A stretch of 64,000 bases of DNA from Octopus vulgaris (Eukaryota). Location: assembly GCA_951406725.2 (NCBI GenBank), contig OX597822.1:72726001-72790000 (forward strand), given 5' to 3'. The position numbers were made by a program, and so were the translations under genes. Shown here one piece after another: positions 12,942-27,934 of the stretch. Each line of letters opens with the position of its first letter. Positions within the stretch are counted from its first letter, which is position 1. The notes under the pieces were generated by a model. It was not told the DNA's origin and did not search any database. It saw only the letters and a program-made list of their open reading frames with translations.

Positions 12942-14205
12942 CATACACACAGACACACACACACATATATACATGTATGTATACTAGTGTACATATACAT
13001 AAGCAATTATGAAGCAGAGTCAGAGATACAGAGTTGATAGAGATATAAGACAGAACTGATATATCACAAGGTGATAATAGATATATGGAAATGCGCTAGA
13101 TAGATAAATAGATATAGAATGAGAATGAGAGTGAGAAAGAGAGAGACAGTGAAAATGGAAGAGAGAGATGGAGGGGACGGTGTGTGATTGTAGATTAATA
13201 GATAAATAGTTATGTAAATATGAAGATAAATAGTTAGAAACGTTTGCCGCCAGATGCAAGAGTGACACGTTGAGGTCACAGATAAGAGAGGCAGAAACGC
13301 TTCTAAGAGAATTCCAAAGAAAGACAAAACAAGAGATGGAAGCAATATGAATTATCAAAGAAGTGTGAGGTATGTGTATGTGATTGTACAGGTATGTATG
13401 CATGTATGTATGTATGTTTGTATAATTATGGCTGTATACGTTTACGTACATACACGCATATACGTGTATGTTATACATTAGAATGTGTGTGTGTCTGTAT
13501 ATTTTCAATATACCTCCTGACATCGCCTTAGATATACTGAGAAGGAGATGAGAATACCGTTGTATATGCACACATACGCACACTTGCACACAGAGAAACA
13601 CACATACACACAGAGAAACACGCCCACATTATATTTATATAAATATATATATATATATATATGTATATATATGTATACACGGAAAGAGAGAGGGAAAGAG
13701 CGAAAGAGTGTATACCTGTGTGTGTGGTGTGATGTGTGATGTGTCTGTGTGAGAGAGAGAGAGACAGAGTGAGAGATAAAGTAATAGAGTGAAACCAATC
13801 CAGTGAAAGAGCGAAATGGTATATATATATATATATATATATATGAATAAGTGAAAAATGAAGTGAAGCGTTATGAGAAACACACGTTAGACGACATAGA
13901 CCAGAAGTTAAAGTGAAGTTCATCGTTAAATTAATAATTAAACGAGATGAATGATTCACACTCATATATATATATGAATTTTTATAAATAAGGATAAGAT
14001 CGTTATTTACATACCGATCTTATCAGGTGGCCAGCATGGGAATAAAAAAACCCTTCAAAGGTATTAATTATTGTTAAACTTATAATTTAGGGTATCTAAG
14101 AGATACCACCATGCTGGAAATAGGACCCAAAACTTGACTCTTGTACATCCTCGTTACTAGCACACACACACACAGATATATATATATATATATTATATAC
14201 GTACG

Positions 14206-14280
<75 letters not shown>

Positions 14281-16799
14281 TCATATATGTTTTCGCATGT
14301 ATATGAGTGTATATATGTATAGGTATGCATATATATGACGTATATAGTGCTAAACTGTCTGATACAATGGTAAGGAAAGTCTCGCATAAAACAAATAAAT
14401 GAAAATGGATCCAAAAAGAAAGCGTGTTCAAATATTATGGTGATCAACTTTGCTTTTCATGAAGTAAATCATTCCTTCAATGAAAAGTAAGTCACAGTCA
14501 AGTATTAAGGACAATTTAATCGCCCGTGTCTCACCGTCACAATCATTTAGTTCGTATTGGATTTTGAAAGCGTTGGCAATAGTCAAGAGCTGTGGACTGA
14601 CAACAGCATTACTGCTTTACAGTATAAGGTTTTAGCATCCTCTCATCTACTTAAATAACAGTTGTTTTTTTTTTTTTATTTATATCTCCAGATTTCGATT
14701 TGAAAAATATGCTCTGAGGATTTTCTGGAATCATGCCACTTGGGAAGAATCATTTAACAATCATTTCATTCGACTTCGATTGATATTAACCATGAGAAAG
14801 ACACTACGGCGCTCCTGTATAAATCTCAGTCTATATGAATATGTCAGGATTTGACTCCATTCCATTTTATCTTTCATGTTTCTGTCCATACATGTTTTAT
14901 TTCTCTTTTGTTCCGTCTTTCTGCGTTTCCAATTTTTTTCTTGCATTCGTTATTTTTAATTCATTGTCTTTTTTTCTTAACTTTATTTCGTTCATTTCTC
15001 GCCATCCCTCTCAATTCCTAACTAATTAAGTTTATTTGTTTGCTTTTCACTATTTTCTCTCTTTTTCTATATTCGTTTCTCTAGACTCTCTTCCGGATTC
15101 ATTTCTATATTTTACTATCTATTGTAGTTTCTTGTTTTCCCCATATTTCCTTTCTCTTTGACTCCACTCATATTTTAATAATGTTTTCTTTCTCGAGTTA
15201 TTCTTATTTGTAATATTTTTGTAGCTTACTTCCTATTTTTCTTTCTCATGTTCCTTCATGTTGCTGTACGCTCTGTCTTCCTTTCTTCAAATATTACCAG
15301 TTTGTTTTTCTCTAATTCTGATAACTTCTTATATTGCTATTCCTCCATATTATTCTTTATGTTTATATTTTTCATATCTCTTTTGTAATTCTCTTTTTTT
15401 TTATTCTCTTCTCCTCATATATTATGCATCATATCATAATCTTTATCCTGCCTATATATATCATTCCATATCTCCCTGGCTCACACTTTCAAAGCATCCA
15501 CCTTCCGACCACCTTCATATTTTCCGCTCTTTCTTCTATGCAATTTTTAATTCTTTGTTCTTTCTTTTATTGTCCTTTTTCCTATTTTAACTTTTTCTGA
15601 CCAAATAATCTTGTTTCGATTTCCACACTTAACGAAACATAATCCAATAATGATGTGCATCAATGTTTCAAAACTAAAATATTTAATTCTACCCAACACA
15701 TATTTCTGTTACTAGCCATTCTCTCTCTCATTCTCCTACTCAATCTATAATTCTTCTCTCTCTCCCTGTCTACTTCACACTCTCTTCCTTTGCCTCTTTA
15801 TTTTTCTCACCACTAAAAATGTATCGTTAGCGAAGTCTTTCATGCAATATTTTGCAATATTTTGCAATATTTTCTCTCCCGTCTCCTTAGTCCTTACTCT
15901 TCCTATAATCATTTTCCTTGCCTTGTTTCAAATTTTATTTTTGCTTTAAGATTCTTTTCTTTCTCTCTTTATGACTTTATTTCCATTTTTATTTAATTTC
16001 GCCTTAATTTTCTTTCCGGAAAATACAGAAAATGAGATGTTTAGAGAAAAAACAAACAAACTAACTAACCCCGGGAGTTAATCCTAAAATCAGAATCTTA
16101 AACGACAGTAACAATAAAAACAATAATAAAAAAGGTATGTTACGCAATTCCATTCTATTACGAAGATACAAAATGAAAAATAAAATTAGAATATCATAGC
16201 CTCAAATAAAGATTAAGATGGTGGCTGTCAAAATTGTCAAAAGTACGTCTTTGTGGCTATTGGATATTTTTATCTCTTTCTCTGCTTCATATTTATTTCT
16301 ATCCAATGATTGCATGCGATGGTACGTACACATTAAATCCATGCTGCTACAGGAACCAGTAACCATTCTTATTAATCAACGCAGATATGGCACCAAAAAC
16401 TAATAAGCCAACGAACAGAATACAATTTAGTGGATGTATTTTAATTGTAGCTTGTATAACCATGTATGGTAAGAGAAGGAACGTTTATTTAGAAACAAAT
16501 AAAATAAGGGCAAAATGATGCGAGCAAAATCAAAATATGCATCGTAGAAAGTAAAGAAAAAAGAATCAATATCGGTCATTCATGTTTTAGACAATAAATC
16601 ATTTTCTATTTGAATGAAACACACATGCAAACACACACACAAACACACACACACACACATAAACGCACATGCACACACGTGTATTCAAATATATAACCTA
16701 TGCTTATGTGTGTGTGTATTTGCATAAGCACACACGCAAATATATATATATATATACGCATATATATATACATACACACATGCGCACACCACATACACA

Positions 16800-16852
<53 letters not shown>

Positions 16853-16958
16853 GATATATACTATATGTTTGCATTGCATATATATATATTCATGTGTGCG
16901 TGTATATATATACATATATATATATACATACACACAAACACACACACACACAACACAC

Positions 16959-16989
<31 letters not shown>

Positions 16990-17341
16990 TGTATTCGAGA
17001 GCAAAAGCACGAATAGATAGAAGAAAAGAAACAAAACAAGTAAGGAAAGTGCAAGAACGAAATAACCAGCGGCAACACCAACAGCGGACGAATAGTGGAA
17101 TGTTATTTATTAAACAACAGGAGACATGTAACTTATTCAAAAAGCTTTGAGCACAAAGTTACAGCTGTCATATTGAATATATTGTTTACTAAACACAAGA
17201 TTTAAAAATGCATTATTGGGGTTAATTTATGGCTTTCGATTGGTTATATACATACACTTGTAACTACATTTAGAAGTGGATATATAAGTTTTATATGCAT
17301 ACACACACTTATCTATATATTTCTATATATACATATACATG

Positions 17342-17396
<55 letters not shown>

Positions 17397-17949
17397 AAAC
17401 TTTATATGTTATTTTATATTATATGTATATGTTATGTATACATGTATGCAGACAAACATACACGCTCACAATTACACACACACATATACTTATATGTATA
17501 TATACACGCACGCACACATGTTTTATTCTGTCATGGCACTCAAAAGTTTTAACGTGTGCGTGCGAGAATGTATAATTGCATGAATAAATGTAAGTTGTGT
17601 GTAAGCTTATGCATGTACAAAATTTGAAGGGACGCGGGTGAGTTACATATTCTCAAATGTAAAAATAAGCTTGCCATTTTTCGGTTAAATCTGAATCCAT
17701 TCTCATATAAGGAGAAAATGTGTTTTTCTTATAATGGAAGTGTCCATTTTGTATTTCAATATCTCAATGCGATATTCAACAGAGCGCACATATTATATGA
17801 CGTGGTTGTGCTTGATTTTATGTTGTATGATAAAATAAGGAGAAATACTACATCAAAACATTTGAAATGGCAAACAAGATATATAACCTGAAGTTTAGTT
17901 GGGAGGCCAAGGATCCAGAAACAAATTAGCATACATAATAATGGTTTCT

Positions 17950-18580
17950 AATTTTGGCACAAGGCCAGCAAATTTAGGGATTGTGATTGGTGATTATATA
18001 GTCCTCGGTGCTTCAATGGTGCTTATTTTTTCAAACCCGAAAAGAAGAAAGGTAAAGTTTACATCGTTGTAGTTTGAAATCTGAAAGCGTAAACACCCGA
18101 AAGAAATTGCACAGGAAATTTTAGTAGAACGCGTGACGATTCACTCAGTGCGCCTCCGTAGAAACACAAAATAAAATATGGTGATGATGATGATGCTGAT
18201 GATGATGATGATTTCACAGTTTGGCTCTAAGTCAGCAATTTTCTGAGAATTTTAAGTCAATTGCATCGATTCCAGAAGAATAAAAGGCAAATTCAACCAC
18301 TATAGAATTTGAACTCAAAACGTAAAGACCGATGAAATGCCGCTAAGTATTTTCAACTAAAATAACAACATCAACAACTAGAACAGCAACAGCAATGATG
18401 ATAATTTTTAATTTAGATACAAGACCAGAAGCTTTGATTCGAAGGTACGTTCGAGTGGTATTATATCTTATTGACCCGGAAAGGATGGGATTTGAATCTC
18501 GCTGGGATTTGAATCTCGCTGGGATTTGAATTCAGAACAAATCGCTGTAAAACATACCAGATGCCGTGAAGATTCTGCTA
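17950..18580 (-). mobile_element. Cluster of three degenerate SINE family C copies
   Basis: Recurring tttggcacaaggccagca / gacccg.aaagga / tttgaactca.aac motifs at ~17950, ~18215 and ~18410. Confidence 0.7.
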
Positions 18581-18839
18581 AAGTGCTGTTTGACGTCGAA
18601 ATTATATTAGAAGCTTACAAATCCTTTAGGGTATGTTGCACATTATACCTTCATATTACACATTATACCATCATATATCATACATACACACATACACACA
18701 TATGCATGAGCGCTCATATACACTCAGAGGTACGCATGAACTACCGATATATTTTGTAATCCTCGAAGAATCGGGAAAGTTGAAGTAGCGACATTACAAT
18801 AAATAAAACTGCAAGAAATCTTAAAAAGTGTTTCTTTCG

Positions 18840-19544
18840 TAAGATGTAATTTGGGTGAGTTTAGTTAATTCTAGGGTGCTCTTTCTGAACATAGAATCAG
18901 ATTTGCTGCACCTCACCTAGCTTTTGGTCCACAGAATAACACCTATATAACAAATTTATTGAAATATGATGTAGTATGCAGGACGTGAAATGTTCCTATT
19001 TGTCATTTAAGAATGCCTTTGTTCTTTTTGTGTGATTTTAAAACCATTTTTCAGAGTAACTTGATTTAAATGCTTACTTCAGATGCTATTGTCATTTGTT
19101 ATATCAAAGAGGTAATTGCTCTTTCCATTGTGGACGGCCATTTTTTGTTTTAGCTCTCCAATTTAATTTGCTTTGGCTTGCATAACTTCAAGAGCTAGAT
19201 GTCGCAATGACCCAGACATTTTTGCAGCATCTTTGGGAAATATGCATTCAAGGACTCTCAGGGAGAACATTAGGCCATTCACACAAGACACAAGTATTAC
19301 TTCAAAATGACACTTGGAGATCAAGATAAATGTATTGCTTTACGTATTCTATGTGGTGATTGGCCCTCTATGTGGTCCAGTGGCAAATGTCATTTGCCAC
19401 TCCAATGACATGTTGAAAACAAAACAAGCTTTCTACTGATTGCTATTTTTTCCTTCCTATCGCTGAGGGTTTAATATGAAAAATGCAAAGTATATCAAGC
19501 ACCCTAACTTGCTATCTGCCATAAGACCACAACCATATGAAGAC
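18840..19544 (+). mobile_element. 5' portion of a decayed Chapaev3-like (CMC) DNA transposon
   Basis: Manual translation 19185-19544: RARCRNDPDIF..IFGKY, TLGDQDK, MSFATPM, STDCYF, GFNMKN..IKHPNLLSAIRP, matching the recalled N-terminus (C.N.PD.FCYICG / LGDQDK / MPFAVPM / DCYFC / YPNLPSAIRP) of this transposase type. The family name is from memory. Confidence 0.65.
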
Positions 19545-20465
19545 GTGATGACATTTTCGGACAACTGTTTATGATGTGGGTGATATCTTCAGTGTAAACT
19601 CCACAAAGACTGCTTCCTTTGTCACACTTTACTGCTTCTCCCGCATCTCTATCCCTTTTGTGCATCAGGCATTTGTTTGATATTTCCTGTTCCTGGATTG
19701 CAAATGCATATCCTTCAAAGTGAGAGGTAGTAATCCAGCTAGTGGTCCACGATAACCTGCTTTGATGATCGATGTTACTATCATCACGGAGTTTCTACTA
19801 ATATATCCATGCTCATATAGGCTCATCCTTTCACCTGATGATACGTTGAAGTTGAGTCATGTGACTTCTTTGGGCATATATTCTAGATTATGAGACAAAG
19901 AAGCTGCCTTCTAAGTCTTATGATGTTATCAACCTCATGTAAGCAAAATTGGTCAAGGGATGGACTTCGACACTTGGTGGTTAAAAGGGATATGATACGT
20001 CATTCAAAGGCACTTTGGAACAGTGTTAAGATTCTGCCGCCTTGCTTTCGTTTTGGGTAGACATTATGTGTGTTTGTTAGTATTTTTCGGGTTTTCATAT
20101 CAATGGCTTAGATCTCATCAAGCGCCCAGTTAAGCAACCCAAATGTTGGTATGAGTACTGGCACTGCAAACACATTGTGGGTCACTGTTTTATTGAATGC
20201 AGAGTTCTGAGGTCGAAATTTTCTTTATTTGACTGTAATATTCTTTAGTGGCACGTGTTTTGTTACAGGTGCCATTGTAAGATATATTTTCATCCACCCC
20301 TAGATACCTGTAGCATTCCTCGTCAGATACAAGGCAAACAGTCAAATCATTCATGGAGATTTTACTAGTCTGGGTTATAGTTTTCCCCCTTCACACAACC
20401 ATATAACAACATTTATCCTGATCAAACTTCAACCCTACATCCTTTGAGAATGTTGTAACTAGGTC
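19545..20465 (-). mobile_element. Second Dong/R4-type LINE fragment (end of RT to CCHC knuckle)
   Basis: Minus-strand translation: FSKDVGLKFDQDKC, ECYRYLGVDEN, HNVFAVPVLIPTFG, YAFAIQEQE, SLCGVYTEDITHIINSCPK; divergent from the 3913-7200 copy. Confidence 0.8.
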
Positions 20466-20544
20466 AAGGCGCTTTTTTTATCTCATGCATACGTGTGGAA
20501 GTATGTATGCATGTGTGTGTATGTATGTGTGTGTATGAATACAT

Positions 20545-20763
20545 TAGGAGGCGCTGAAATGCTCCTGGCTTTACGGGTCTTTCGAAAGGCCTGGTTGGAG
20601 GCCCAACCTTCCGAGCTCTTTTACATGGCTTAAAAAATCTGAAGGACCACCACTGCAATAAGTTTATCAGTCAGAGAAGGGAATATGGTGGGTAAAATCA
20701 TAATTAACTGATTCTCCTGTATTTTCTTTTATCCAAACCCAAGAGCTTCTCAGCAGCCCCTCG
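20545..20763. mobile_element. mariner-type MITE (~215 bp)
   Basis: Ends aggaggcgctgaaatgctcctggcttt ... aagagcttctcagcagcccctcg-TA; an inverted homologue lies at 43719-43931. Confidence 0.72.
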
Positions 20764-22494
20764 TATATACGTACTTGATATGTGTGTGCACGTGAGTGTA
20801 TAAGTCGAACTGTTCTCTTTCATTATGCAGGCAATAAATAAAAACTATTAATTCAATCTTTGCAATTTCGAGCCGTAATATATATCTTTGGCTGTTTAGA
20901 ATGCCAAATTGAATAACTTTTCGTATGATGAATACAAAACTTGTTCGTTACATAACAAGACACATTGTAATACAGAACCACTTTTAAAGAATTCTCTTCA
21001 TATACTGAAATTTTATGTTTAAATTAATTATTTGGCTACTTGTTAGTATAATTAATATTTCTATGTTTTTTTTTTCTTTTTTATGTGTTGTAGTGTTTAA
21101 TTTTATAAGACTTGCAATTGTTGGTTCTTGTTTTCTTCTTTGATTTTTATTCTGTTATTAGTTTGTTATTTATTATTTCCAACTTCTGGCACTTTATTCA
21201 ATATAACAGCAATTGTACGGATATAAAACATACCACCGTTTATTACCAGCAGCTATCATGAAGATTAAATTTAAGATTGAATTTTGTAAAAATGCCAAGG
21301 AGGACGCATTCAAATAAACGTGTGAGCATAAGAAATATGTTATTAAAATTTTAATTTAATTTTCTTCTGATATGTTCAAATCTGATATCTCCGAATGAAT
21401 GTCTGACAGAAAGTATTCAAATTAAACTGAACATATAGATCTTTCTTAATTAATGAGTATATGCTTTGCAAATAACAAACCACTTTTTCTTCATTACCGA
21501 ATGCAAATGCTGCTATAAATAAGTCTTATTTTACTTTTCAATCCTTATCTGTATTTTCAAATACTATTTCAAACACTCATGCTTTTCCTACAATCCTTTA
21601 AAGTATATTTTTATTCATGTACATAATAGATATAATTTTATTCTGTCCTTGAATTAACATTGCAGAAGAAAAAACACAAAATATATTTTAAAAGGAACTC
21701 GTTGATATGCACTTTTAAAATCACTGTGATTACGAGCGCATTTTACTAAGAATTTGTCAAAAAATAAATTTAAAAACCAAATCAGGGATTTGAATTGCAA
21801 ATCGTCTAAATACTGCCAAGAGAATGAATTAGAACTAATTCAAACTTCTACAGACCAATTAACGTAAAATATAATAATCCCTCACTGTGCGTAAATCGCT
21901 TCTTCAAAGATATTTAAATGCTGTGAACTATTTCGAAATATGTCGCTTTATTATTCATTAATTTTCCTTCGGTTATGTGGGAAGGGAGATACGAGGTTTC
22001 TATTTGTTCCGTGCTTGTCAAAGTTTTGTAGAACAACATTTCCACCATGTTCTTTCTTATAATTACTTTTAAACTATTGAAAATAAAATTATCTATTTTA
22101 TCCCGGATATCCTTCAGTTCCAGTTGCTTACACTATTTATTCTGCAGGATTTTCTTAACTAGTGAAAGAATGCTTTATAGAACACATGAACGTGATGTCA
22201 TTTAATTTCGTGAATTGGTTATCAGTTTCTCTGAGAATATCTTCACTCTACCTTTCGCTATCGTCTAACATATTTTGAAATTCGCTTTTTCAAATTCTCT
22301 CAAAACTATTTAATCGCTGACTTAATTATAATCAATAGCACCACATTTTATCACACAATGATTGAATGCTGGTATTAAAATCAGTAAGCACTCCATAGTT
22401 TTGTAATGGAAGATTTAAATTTATTAAAGCTGTTTAATGCAAAACAATATTTTGTCTTCTCAGTGCTTCTGCTCCAAAGTAATTTAAATATCGA

Positions 22495-22698
22495 CGCAGA
22501 GACGACTGTGTGGTAAGGTTAGAATTTCGTTTCCAAATTCAGTCCCACTGCATGGATTCTTGAGCAAATCTCTTCTACTATAGCCCTAGGCCGACCAAAA
22601 CCTTGTGAGTGGATTTGGGAGACAGAGACTACAAGTCCATCGTATATATACTGACAGACAGACAGACGCGCGCGCACACACACACACACACAAACACA

Positions 22699-22732
<34 letters not shown>

Positions 22733-23000
22733 TGCTTGTGTGCCTCTGAGCACGTGTTTGTCGCTCATCACAGCGCGTCAACCAGTGCTGGCTTCTTTTC
22801 GTACCTGTTAACTAGCGGTTCGGCAAAGAGACCGACAAAATATATGCTACATTTAAAAACAGGTGCTGGGATTGCGACTAAACTCTTCAAAGCTGTCCAG
22901 TGACTAAAAGAAGTAAAAGATGTAATCGACTTAATCCCTTTGTCTGTCCTTGTTTGTCCTCTCTATGTTTAGCCCCCTGTGGGCAATAAAGAAATAAATA
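22495..23000 (+). mobile_element. Degenerate SINE family A followed by a family C-associated tail
   Basis: cagtcccactg...ggccgaccaaaaccttgtgagtggatttgg; 22920-23000 is the reverse complement of 34160-34240. Confidence 0.75.
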
Positions 23001-23987
23001 TACATATGTGTGTGAATATGTATATAATGTAATATTACATGTACCTGTATATAAATGTGTGTGTTTAACACTATTTGGTGTACGCCATCTCATTTCCAAC
23101 AATTCGATAATATATCAAATAGACGCTTATTTATAAAATCCATTTTCCCTTGTTCATTGTAAATGCGCAAGGCGCAAGTATGGGTACATTTCTGATTAGC
23201 CCCACTGTTGTAGCACCTTCGCTGAGTGTCTCCTATAACAGCCTTGTGACAACCAAAGCCTTACGAGAAGATTTAGCCGAGGTAAATTGGAAGAGGCCCT
23301 CGGTACACACGTGCGTCTGTGTGTGTGTGTGAATGAAAATACAATTAAAAAGCTAAGAAATATAATATGGCCAATGTGCAGAGGATGGTAAGAAATATTA
23401 AAACAAATAGAGGTAATCTGTGAAGGTAGAAATACGAAAATACAGTTACTTCATTGGTTAGTTATATTAAGAGACAAAAAATATATTATACATGCTCTGC
23501 AAAAGGAAGTCAGACACGAACTGGTATGTATACATTGTAAATATTCTTTAACATCTGTCACTAAAAGTGATCAAATCATACTATTCTGAAGCATGGCCAT
23601 GTAATCTGATGCAGAGAATAATTCAAAAGCTTACAAACATCCTCATTAACATTGCTTCTTAATCGATACATTCATTTGAATTCGCTCCAGAAATGAACGA
23701 GATACTATATAAGCACGTTGCAACATGTAAGTCGAGCGATAGACAAAAGAAAATATAAAGGAAATCTTCGGCAAGATTAATATTTATATGCAGTATGTAT
23801 ATTGGCATTGCCAAGAAAGACACATAGAATATATAGACCAAAGAGAAATATAAACAAAACAACACTGAATGCAAATTATCGACTAAAAAGACTAATAAAA
23901 ATAACGATTTCAATGACACGAACATGACTAGAAATATAAGCTGTCAATTATACTGACACCAGTATGTGACTGGTACTTATTTAAAAG

Positions 23988-24290
23988 TGGAGGCGCAATG
24001 TCCCAGTGGTTAGGGCAGTGGACTTGCAGTTGGAGGATCCCAGTTTCGATTCCTAGACCGGACGTTGTGTGTGTTTATTGAGCGAAAACACCTAAAAGCT
24101 CCACGAGGCTCCGGCAGGGGGTGGTGGCGACCCCTGTTGTACTCTTTCGCCACAACTTTCTCTCACTCTCTCTTCCTGTTTCTTGAGTAACGCTTCGATG
24201 GACTGGCGTCTCGTCCAGCTGGGGGGACACATACTCCACAGATACCGGGAAACTGGGCCCATGAACCTGGCTAGGCTTGAAAAGGGCGAC
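23988..24290 (+). mobile_element. SINE family B with alternative 3' tail
   Basis: Family B head/body followed by gatggactggcgtctcgtccagctgggg...gggcccatgaacctggctaggcttgaaaagggcg; inserted in a family C remnant (23955-23980 and 24320-24410). Confidence 0.85.
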
Positions 24291-25310
24291 AAAAAATTAT
24301 TTAAAAATAGATGGGGAAAGATAAATAGCAAATTCGACCTCGGTGAGTTTTTAACTCAGAATGAATATTGATAGAATGAGAAACCGGAAAGTATGCTTTT
24401 CCAAATCTGCCACGACACTACACTCATATGAGAACAATTTTGAGTACAGAAGAAAAACAACAACGCTACAAATAAACAAGAGCACCGATATCAAGATGAT
24501 AATTATTTGTAGCATAGGTATATGATCAATAGTTTTATTTGATAGGATTGGTCGATTACTTTGCGTGATCTTATCGCCCATAGAGTGAAGAAAGTCTAAA
24601 ATCAACATAACAAGATCTGAACTCAGAATGTAAAAATCCGAATAATGTTGGTTTGAAATTTTTGGCACATATTGAGTCCCTGTTCATCATCATCATTATC
24701 TATTTGAAAAATCCTAGAATAATTACACAACGTGATTCCCCCCTCCACCTTTTTTTTTGTACCTAAGAAGCAATGTTTACTGAACACATCAATCTTGAAC
24801 AGATTTTGCAGACATCTTAGAAAATCCAAATGAGAAGAAACAGGTTCGGAATCTTTCAATTAAACATGTGCAATACCAAGAGAACAACTTAATATTTCAA
24901 ATTTCTCTTTCTCCCGGAATATAAAAAGACACGGGGAAAAGTAGAATGCAGGATATTCTGGTGCAAACATTTCGCATTAAATCCGAAAGCTATTTTCATT
25001 GCAATGATAATGATAAAAACATGAGGGTCAAAGAGGTGAAGAAAAGAAATCGTCAAAGAATAAGATGAGTGACAGCATAGATAACAAGGAAAAACATTGA
25101 ATTCATTCCCGTCTTCAAGTAAACAAGCTGCAAGTTGTTTGCTCTTCTATATTCTATGTAAATCCTATAATGTTGAAAGATTTTGGAGGACTTCAAAGCA
25201 TTTATTTTCGACAGGAATTCATTTGCATTCTACTTTAATCTCTAATATAGAAATACCAAGTTTTCATTTACTAAATTCCTGATTCTAACGATATGTATAT
25301 ATCACAGACG

Positions 25311-25429
<119 letters not shown>

Positions 25430-25659
25430 CACTAAATTTTCTGTCTTCCATTTGTCTGCTTGTATGCCTTTATCTCTCTCTCTCTCTCTTCCACTCTCTC
25501 TCTCCATTTATATATATGCATATATACATATATATATATACATATATACATATATATACATATATATATACATATATAAACATATATATATACATATATA
25601 CATATGTACATATATATATATATATACACACACATATATGTATATATATATACATATAT

Positions 25660-25717
<58 letters not shown>

Positions 25718-25980
25718 GTATGTGTACTCAAACATACGTGACTATATGCATATATATATATATGTGTATATGTGTGTGCAAATATGAGTGTATGTGTAGT
25801 TTTCAGTTGGCCCTTCACACACACACACACACACATATAAAGCATATCTTTGCCAAATATCGTTATACTCTTACCAAGAAGGCTCTTCAAAGGGTTTCGG
25901 TGTGCACGTTCAACACAGAGTAAATTGCTACTATTCAACTTAATTTGATGTGTACATGCACACATGCGCACACATACACA

Positions 25981-26024
<44 letters not shown>

Positions 26025-26388
26025 CACACATACACACACGTGCACTGACGCTCAAATGCATGCATATATACAAAATACATGTGTTGTATGTAAATGTACA
26101 GAAGCTATTACATATAACTGAAACATTCTTGATTATCAAAGAATTGATACGATAACTATTTCGAAAAATATTTTGCTGTCTCTATTAAACAACACTGTGC
26201 TGTATTTAGTGTACATTTCCTTGCTTTTCTATTTGTGTACGTCAATTCCGAGGCGCGAATCTTGTACAATATTTTCCAATCATTTTAACCCTTAGTCGAC
26301 ATTAAACGGTCCAAACATTTTACTTAGCAATATAAGAGATGAAATACTATGATAACAAAGTTTGGCGCATATCTGCAACTTCAAAATG

Positions 26389-26436
<48 letters not shown>

Positions 26437-26627
26437 CGTATATGAACTAACGGATATAATAAATATGCTAATATGATAGAGAGAGAGACAGTTCACGTTC
26501 AAATCTTAAGTGCAAAGCTGTTACAAAACGTTCATATGATAAAATAAGTCGTACTCCACCGGTAGTACATTTATCCCTTTCTACTGATCTATCTACAATC
26601 CATTCGCTTTTTTTACCCCTCTCACCG

Positions 26628-26694
<67 letters not shown>

Positions 26695-26696
<2 letters not shown>

Positions 26697-27545
26697 TTAC
26701 AGCTTAGTTTTTTTTCTTGGGGCTGGCCGAGTTGGAGCAAATATCAGAATTGAACAGCCGAAATTTGCTATGATGATTCGGTGTCTGACTGAAGATTGAA
26801 GGCTTCGAATGATTTGTCTGTGTTCCGTGTTCGTCCCTTCCTGTATTTCACGTTCATTATATATAAAAACATTCATTCTTATATTATTGCGGCGTTACGT
26901 GCACCCCCCCGTTTGTTTGTCCAATTTTAAACCCTGCACGACTTCTATACACACTGTCTTTTACTACCCGCCATTGCTTCTTCACCAAACATTTTGGCGC
27001 CCTCCGATTCTTCCCCTCTCTTCCTCCCATCCTCCTTAATCCCTTCTTTCTCCTCTCTTGGTCACTGATTCTGTCCCCTACCTTCCACCCTCTTTGATTC
27101 CCTCTCTCTCTGTCTCTCTTTCTCTCTCTCCTGCGACCTGCTGCTTCTTCAACCATTCTGTTGGCCTTCGTATCTCGACCAACATGTGTCCCCGCTACCG
27201 AAACGGTAATTATACGCCAGCTATATTTGGTCTAAAGTCGTATACAACCACCGTTATATATGTTTTGTTTTTTCATTACTGTTTTCAATTTCGTTTTCGT
27301 CTCTTGTATTCACATCCGTCTCGTGCGTTCACATTCCTGTCTTCTACCAAGAAATCTAATGCTTACAGCTTAGTTTTTTTTCTTGGGGCTGGCCGAGTTG
27401 GAGCTAATATCAGAATTGAACAGCCGAAATTTGCTATGATGATTCGGTGTCTGACTGAAGATTGAAGGCTTCGAATGATTTGTCTGTGTTCCGTGTTCGT
27501 CCCTTCCTGTATTTCACGTTCATTATATATAAAAACATTCATTCT

Positions 27546-27547
<2 letters not shown>
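26695..27547 (+). mobile_element. Non-coding element with ~187-bp near-identical direct repeats (666-bp period) embedded in (TA)n
   Basis: 26695-26881 is repeated at 27361-27547 (gcttacagcttag...cattcattctta) with ~2 differences; (TA)n on both sides; no TG..CA ends or PBS seen. Confidence 0.8.
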
Positions 27548-27605
<58 letters not shown>

Positions 27606-27679
27606 AGAAACATTCGACACTAATACTGACCTATCAACACTATCGCGTTTCAGGTCAAAGCTGGAATTCCTCAGATGTA

Positions 27680-27748
<69 letters not shown>

Positions 27749-27832
27749 CCTATATATACTATATAATACACGTATGTATACATATATACACATCTGTTTA
27801 CATATATATACATATATATATCTGTGTGCATG

Positions 27833-27923
<91 letters not shown>

Positions 27924-27934
27924 CTATATGTATA

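Noticed and set aside
18487-18530. Short tandem duplications (17-bp unit here; also ~6330-6368, ~15845-15872, ~55280-55308, ~59312-59392)
   Set aside because: Ordinary slippage duplications with no evidence of function.
19545-19595. Minus-strand CTGAAGA...GAAA..GTC
   Set aside because: Falls inside LINE coding sequence (TEDITHIINSCPK); stems do not form.
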